The notes under the pieces: generated by a model
The model's database searches: none
Told to the model about the DNA's origin: nothing
What the model saw: the letters and a program-made list of their open reading frames with translations, nothing else
Source of the DNA: Podarcis liolepis
Taxonomy: Eukaryota
Length of the DNA stretch: 64,000 nucleotides
Assembly: GCA_965112155.1 (NCBI GenBank)
Contig: OZ218101.1
Strand: one strand, 5' to 3'
Position numbers and translations under genes: made by a program
Part shown: piece by piece, positions 57,879 to 64,000 of the stretch
How the letters are laid out: each line of letters starts with the position of its first letter
Position numbering within the stretch: the first letter of the stretch is position 1

Positions 57879-59599
57879 ATTATTTTTCACCTTCATATAT
57901 TTGTATTTGCAAAGACTACCACTAATTATTTCAGTATTTTTACATTGTTTTGTCATGCTATGGAAAACAAGAATGATGTTTTTTAAATTGCAGAACACTG
58001 AAGAAAACATTTCTGAAAGCAATTCTTTAGAATAATTTTTTAAAATGATTTTATTACGAGTATAGCAGCCCCATATTTTTACTACCCGCAGTTCATAATA
58101 TCTCAACCTCAGAAAATGTATAGGTGAGTTAATGTTGTAGTTATCCATAGCTGTATCTATTGTAAATGTGGCTGGGTGAAAGTTCCACATTTGCACTGCG
58201 AAAAGCGAACAGCCAGGGAGTTGTGCTAGGGCTGGAGGTGGAAGGGAATAGGAAAAACTGACTAAATTTGCCTTGACAGATCACAAAACTGTGTGAATTT
58301 ATGAGGGAAAGTATTTTGCTTCTGCAGTAGGGTTCTTTGGTGCTGTTGAGGTATTCCTCTTCCACAATCAGCTGGAAGGGGTATATGAAAGAAGTTTCAC
58401 TTGAAACTACATAATGCTATGATCCCCATTACAATTCTGCAATGCCCATTGCTTGTTGTCAGGGCCCACTCTAGCTAGGGTGTCCCCCCTCACTTACAGA
58501 GCCAATAGACACCACCTGCCCTATGAGGAGGAAAAAGAGGGCATAGACAACCTCAGGGCTTGCTCTAGGTGGACCATCCAGGGCCCAGACACAAAACCCC
58601 CGTGAGGAGGAAGAGGAGGGTGAGGCACAGAGAACATGAGGTCAAGCAGTCTCCCCACCCCCCAAGCCAGCTTTAAATACTGTATCATTTGTTGTAGTTC
58701 TTTTAAACTGTAAACCACCCTGGGTGCTTGGCAGAAGGGAAATGAATAAATAAAATAATTTTGCACACAGAATATAGTTGTCGGCAATCTCCAGTAGAAG
58801 ATGCTGTGAAATATTCTTTCCTGAGATCCTGGAGAGCAGCTGGCACAGTAGAAAATATTGGGATAGACAGCAGAAGCTGCCTTCTACTTCTTCAGATCAT
58901 TGGTGTACGTGGCTCAAGTTGCTACTCTGAGATTGGGGTTAGGGTGCAGAGAAAGGAAAAGTTGAAATGCCTTTATTGAAAAAACTTCCAAAAAACACAG
59001 CTAAGGGTTTTTGGGTCAGGAAAAGGATAGAAAATTTATTTTCAGCCTTGTGACTGAAAGGGCACACAAAAAAGCTGGAAGTGTTTCCAGGAGGCAGTTC
59101 CTCTCATGCTGGTTTGATCAATGATCTCTCCTGGGTGTAGAGAGGAAGAGGAATTGCCTTCTTAACTATCAGACGCGTTCTTCATGCAGCACCTTCTCCT
59201 GAAGTTGTCTCTTGCAATGTATTGGCGCTCTGCTTTTTGCACAACAATGTATATTATTAATTAATTAAATCTGTATACTGCCTTTCATCTGTAGATCGCA
59301 GGGCGGTTCCCAACATAAAAGTTGTGCATTAGTTATGGTCAACCTCTGACTGCAGGACTGCAAACAGCCTGGGGATTCCTTCCAGTGTACAGTAAATTCA
59401 GGCTATATTCCATACATGGTTTACAGAATGCACAAAGTGAAGCAGGTGGCAAGGGACTTGATGGATGGAGTTGGTAGAGGAACTCTGAAAGCCACCACCA
59501 TATTTAGCTTTTAATCAAATTACAATTGTTGGAAAGTAACAAATTAGGTATATCATAATAAGTAGTTAATATGCAGCTATCTGCCTCATAACACAGTTA

Positions 59600-59701
<102 letters not shown>

Positions 59702-59738
59702 TTAATATTATCACAGAGATTCAAAATTATGTTGTTTA

Positions 59739-59906
<168 letters not shown>

Positions 59907-62900
59907 CTACTATCCACAACTGTCAAATTTATAAGCTAAACCAATATTTTAACCAACCATTTCCTTCTTTCAATTTATTAAACAAACTAAATTTGCTTCA
60001 ATATTAGGATCATATTTCAAATTGCATGCTTAAGAATTTGAGATCATGCACTATGCACGTTACAAAAAATTAGTGCTTCTGGAAAATTCTGGGATTCCTG
60101 AAAGTGAGCAATAAAGTTTGTAGACAGATGAATACAAAGATGAGAACATCTACTTACACAGACAATAAAGATTTAGATTTTATCAAAACTAACGAAATGC
60201 ATTAAATTGTTTGGTTTTATTGTTTTACTTACTCTTCCATATACATTTATCAGATTAATTGTAAGTAGAGTTCTCTTCACACAGAAGTGCTAATTTTATA
60301 TTAACATGCTCTCTAAATTTCAGACAGTGAGTAAAGATCTGACGACAGAGGATGGCTTCATGGCACACTATAAAGCCACCACCATAATTCAAGCATTTAA
60401 TAAAATATGACTCTAGTAAAGGTTCTCAATTTTCCTTATGTTTACTGCAATGCGATCTCAAACCACTGTCAATTGCTATGATACAGCAAATCATATTAAC
60501 AACCCTGTCCTTACTTGTGGCCAATAATGACAGGTTTCTGGTGTTTTAATAATTTCTGTAGAAAACAATTGTCAGTTGAAGGGTTTAGGCCAATTGTAAG
60601 GGTATATTTGAATATCTAAATTATGATGATGTTAATAGTGAAGAAGCCATTCTATTAAACATTGTCTACTATGATTTTGAGAAAAAAAAGAGGACCTAAC
60701 AGTATGCATGGCTTAACTTTAATCAATTTATTAGAGTACATCCAAACATTTTTTCAGTCATATGTCCCCGAAAAGCTGGAAAGATGTATTTCCAGGACAG
60801 GATGGTCAGTGGGTGGATCCAGACTAACTGCAGGTGTAATTCTGTCCATAGTACTCTCCTCCTAGAGGAAATTATTTTTGTCATTGGTCAGTTTTCCCAT
60901 TCTCCCGGCAGCCTCCTTTGCCTTCCTCCCAACAAGCTGCTCTGGAGGAGCAGGGAAGCCTCGGAAGAGCATGTGGAGGGGCGAGGAGGGTTGCAGAGGG
61001 AGTGGGGAAATGAATGACAATTACGTCCTCCCCTTCTTCCAAGGGAAGTTGCCACTGGATCTCAGCCCATTTTGGCCAGCTGAAGGTCCCCTTTCATTTG
61101 TGGAAGGCTACGTTTGGACCAAATCTATCTCCAGGTACAGCAATATTATGTCAAGAATGTCAGAAAGCTTTTAATTTGTTTTCTTAAAAAATAAACCCCA
61201 CACACCATATAGCTGCTATGGTGGCAGAGGTGTCCCTTGAGATCAAAAGGTGGGGCATAAACACTTGATGAATTAAAAGCCAATATCTACTTCAGCAAGC
61301 GAAACATTTTAGTTTCAAAAACATTTCCAGGCAAATTCTAGGTATTTTTTGATAGGATATTAATATTTACATCTTTAACATTTCTTCAGAGCTATCCCTA
61401 AACATGTCTCAAGAACTATATTGCCATGTACCAAGAACGTGCTTCACTTATATTCTCAGGTTATTAAAATCAAAGAGCTTGTTCTACAATATCCCACCTA
61501 AGTCAGTAACTAGGAATATTAAGTCCTAAAAAAATTTCCCTTCTGAAAAACTTCACTCCAGCTCCCCAAAATAATATATCATGCTAATAAGAACAAAAAT
61601 GGTCACCCGGTAGTACTTTTCAGGCCCTTGCTATATTTGCTAAGAGTAGTGAAAACAGAACACAGTTCCTTAACTACAAAACAAACAGAATAAAACATTC
61701 TGGTAAATAATCATGACCACTAATAATTTCAGGGTTTCCAACAGAAATGAAGAAATGACTTTTTAAACACAAATTCAGGAGTACATGGACACATTTACAG
61801 ACTGAACTTTTAAACACTTCTACACTTCTAGCTAATAAAGAAAAGGAGTTATTGAAAGGAAACCGTAAGAAGCAAATAAAGAGGCATTGTCACTTGACAG
61901 GTTACTTACATGCACAGAGGCCATTGGGATTAAGACAGCATGAAAAATGTACAGGGGTCATTGAAATATGGCTCATAATATATTAGTAAAATAAAAGTAT
62001 ATGCACAAAATAAACTTCACCATGCAATAGTCTAAACACAAGGCAAATAAATCACGTTAAATGATAAGCATGTTTTATAAAAACTTGGCTCTGTCCTGTA
62101 AGTTGCTGTCATTGGCATTACCAGACGAATAACTGAATATGCCTATGGTCTGGTGTTTAGAGAAAAAAAACCCACAACACTTGGCCTTTATAAATTCAGG
62201 GTTGTATCCAATGCTTCTGTGCGCAATTGGAAGTCCACTCACAGAGCACTAGATTCCACTCTTACTTTATAGTTTTAAAATGAAACTTAGAAGTAATAAC
62301 CTGCACTTCAAATTAGCTGTAGATATTGATGGGCAAGAATGAGCCTCGTGGCCAGAATTTCTAAAATAACTAGGATAAAAAGGAATTCAGAGATAGCAGA
62401 AATAGGAGAGAAGGTAGGAAATACTGCCTATACACTATAAATACAGGGTTGAATTCCATGGTGTCCTTCCATTCAGGGAACAGTTTGATCTAGAGGACTA
62501 TTTCCTCCCCATTTTTTGTAGGATGGAATGCCCTTTCCCCCTGAATGCTTAAATCCGCTTCACAGACTTAAAAGGATAATTCCCTCTTCTCTTCTTGCCA
62601 GTGGAGGTCTCCACTATATCAAAGATGCTTTTGCAAAAGGAATGATTCCTTCTAATTGTGGAAATGCACCATTGGATACAACTCAAAGGGAGGAGAAAAA
62701 TAACCAGTTTGAATTTCGGAACTGATTTTAAAGAGCTTTCCTTTCCTTGTGAAGTATGTGTCTAGCCATCTGGTTTGTTTGGAGGACACCATTTATAAGT
62801 TGTATTTTTTAAAAAATAAAAAACACATTACTAACAAGGCAGCAACATGCCTCCCCATCAGTACTGAGAATGAGATGTTGCGCATGTGCAAAGGTTGAGT

Positions 62901-64000
62901 AATTGAAAGGAAAAGGTGGAACATGGGGCGTGAAAGAATTAAGGGAGGAAGGGTTGTAGAGATAGTTTTAGCAACTGGTCTGTACACTACAGATTCTATA
63001 GCATTTTTTTAAAAAAACCCAAATATATTAAAAACACACAGATTGAGGGGTCCTGACAATCTCTATGGTAGCAGTGAAGCACAAAGAACTCTGGATTTAT
63101 TTGGGGGGATTGGTGTCTGACACCCAGAAAGTTTCTGCCATCAGCCAGCAGTTTCAAATTCTCTTTGATAAGAGACTGTAGTAGGGACAGGACCACTCAT
63201 TCACCCAAAGCACAAGAAACAGGCAAGAAGATAATGACACACAAATCACGTATCCAAGTTATGTGACTCCATTTTTGCCTATGCACTTACTTGTTATTGC
63301 CTCAGATTTAAAATACATGTACAACTACCTACAATTTATTGTGACTCATCATCATAATAAATACTAGATTCCTCCTAGATTCCATAAATTATGAATGGAC
63401 CAATCCCCACCAAACCTAGAATATTAGGAGAACTGGGGGCATGAAGTACGGTAGTTCAAATGAAGTACTGTTAAATCCCATTCATTTCAGAGGGTGAGTT
63501 AAGCACATGCTTAAATCTCTCTGCTCAAATCAATCGGACTTAACACCGTTTACCTCAGATAGATTAGGCCTTTCCAATTTGAAACATTTACTGTTTGAAT
63601 TTTATTCCTGTTACCTTAAACACATTTGAGTTTTTCATAAGACTCTATGCAAGGAAATGCACCCCACCGGCAATATGAAGCAATTTCCAAATTGCCTGCC
63701 CATACTTTGACAAATTCCACATTTTAATGAGCATGCTTTGCAGCATGGTGATTTCTGCATTAGATGGTCCAAATTAAAATGCACTAATCCTAAGATCATT
63801 TAGAAGGAAGTCTCACTGAATTTACTGCCTCTGATTGTATTGTAACAGTTTTTTCACAAAACAGATTCATCTAGGTAATGGTCCATTTTGAAGTACATTA
63901 TTGCGCTTTATATTGGTAACTAACACAGCAGAATAGTACTTGTGTGGGAAAATCTACTTCAGAAAAAACATTCACAGTAGATTTCAATCTATCATTCAGG

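Overview
Vertebrate genomic DNA, most likely a squamate and probably a lacertid lizard (inferred from Squam-type SINEs, Bov-B, L2 and hAT/Tc1 MITEs). The window holds the syntenic block DDX3X(+) - NYX(+) - CASK(-, last five coding exons). DDX3X is complete: CpG-island/TATA promoter at about 8.9-11.1 kb, 17 canonical coding exons (10022-28062, 672 aa) and a 3'UTR to about 30.49 kb that contains all five N-runs in the window. The most unusual part is DDX3X intron 3 (12802-19942). It holds two extra frame-preserving exons for the N-terminal disordered region: a 60-nt Tyr/Asn-rich exon A and a 132-nt RGG/YDRD-rich exon B. Joining A directly to exon 4 creates a TGA at the junction, so A can only be productive together with B. 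The same intron has several candidate poison or terminal-exon signals. DDX3X introns 7 and 8 are consecutive GC-AG introns, and intron 6 carries an antisense solo LTR. All calls were made by eye, and homology statements come from recall, not database searches.
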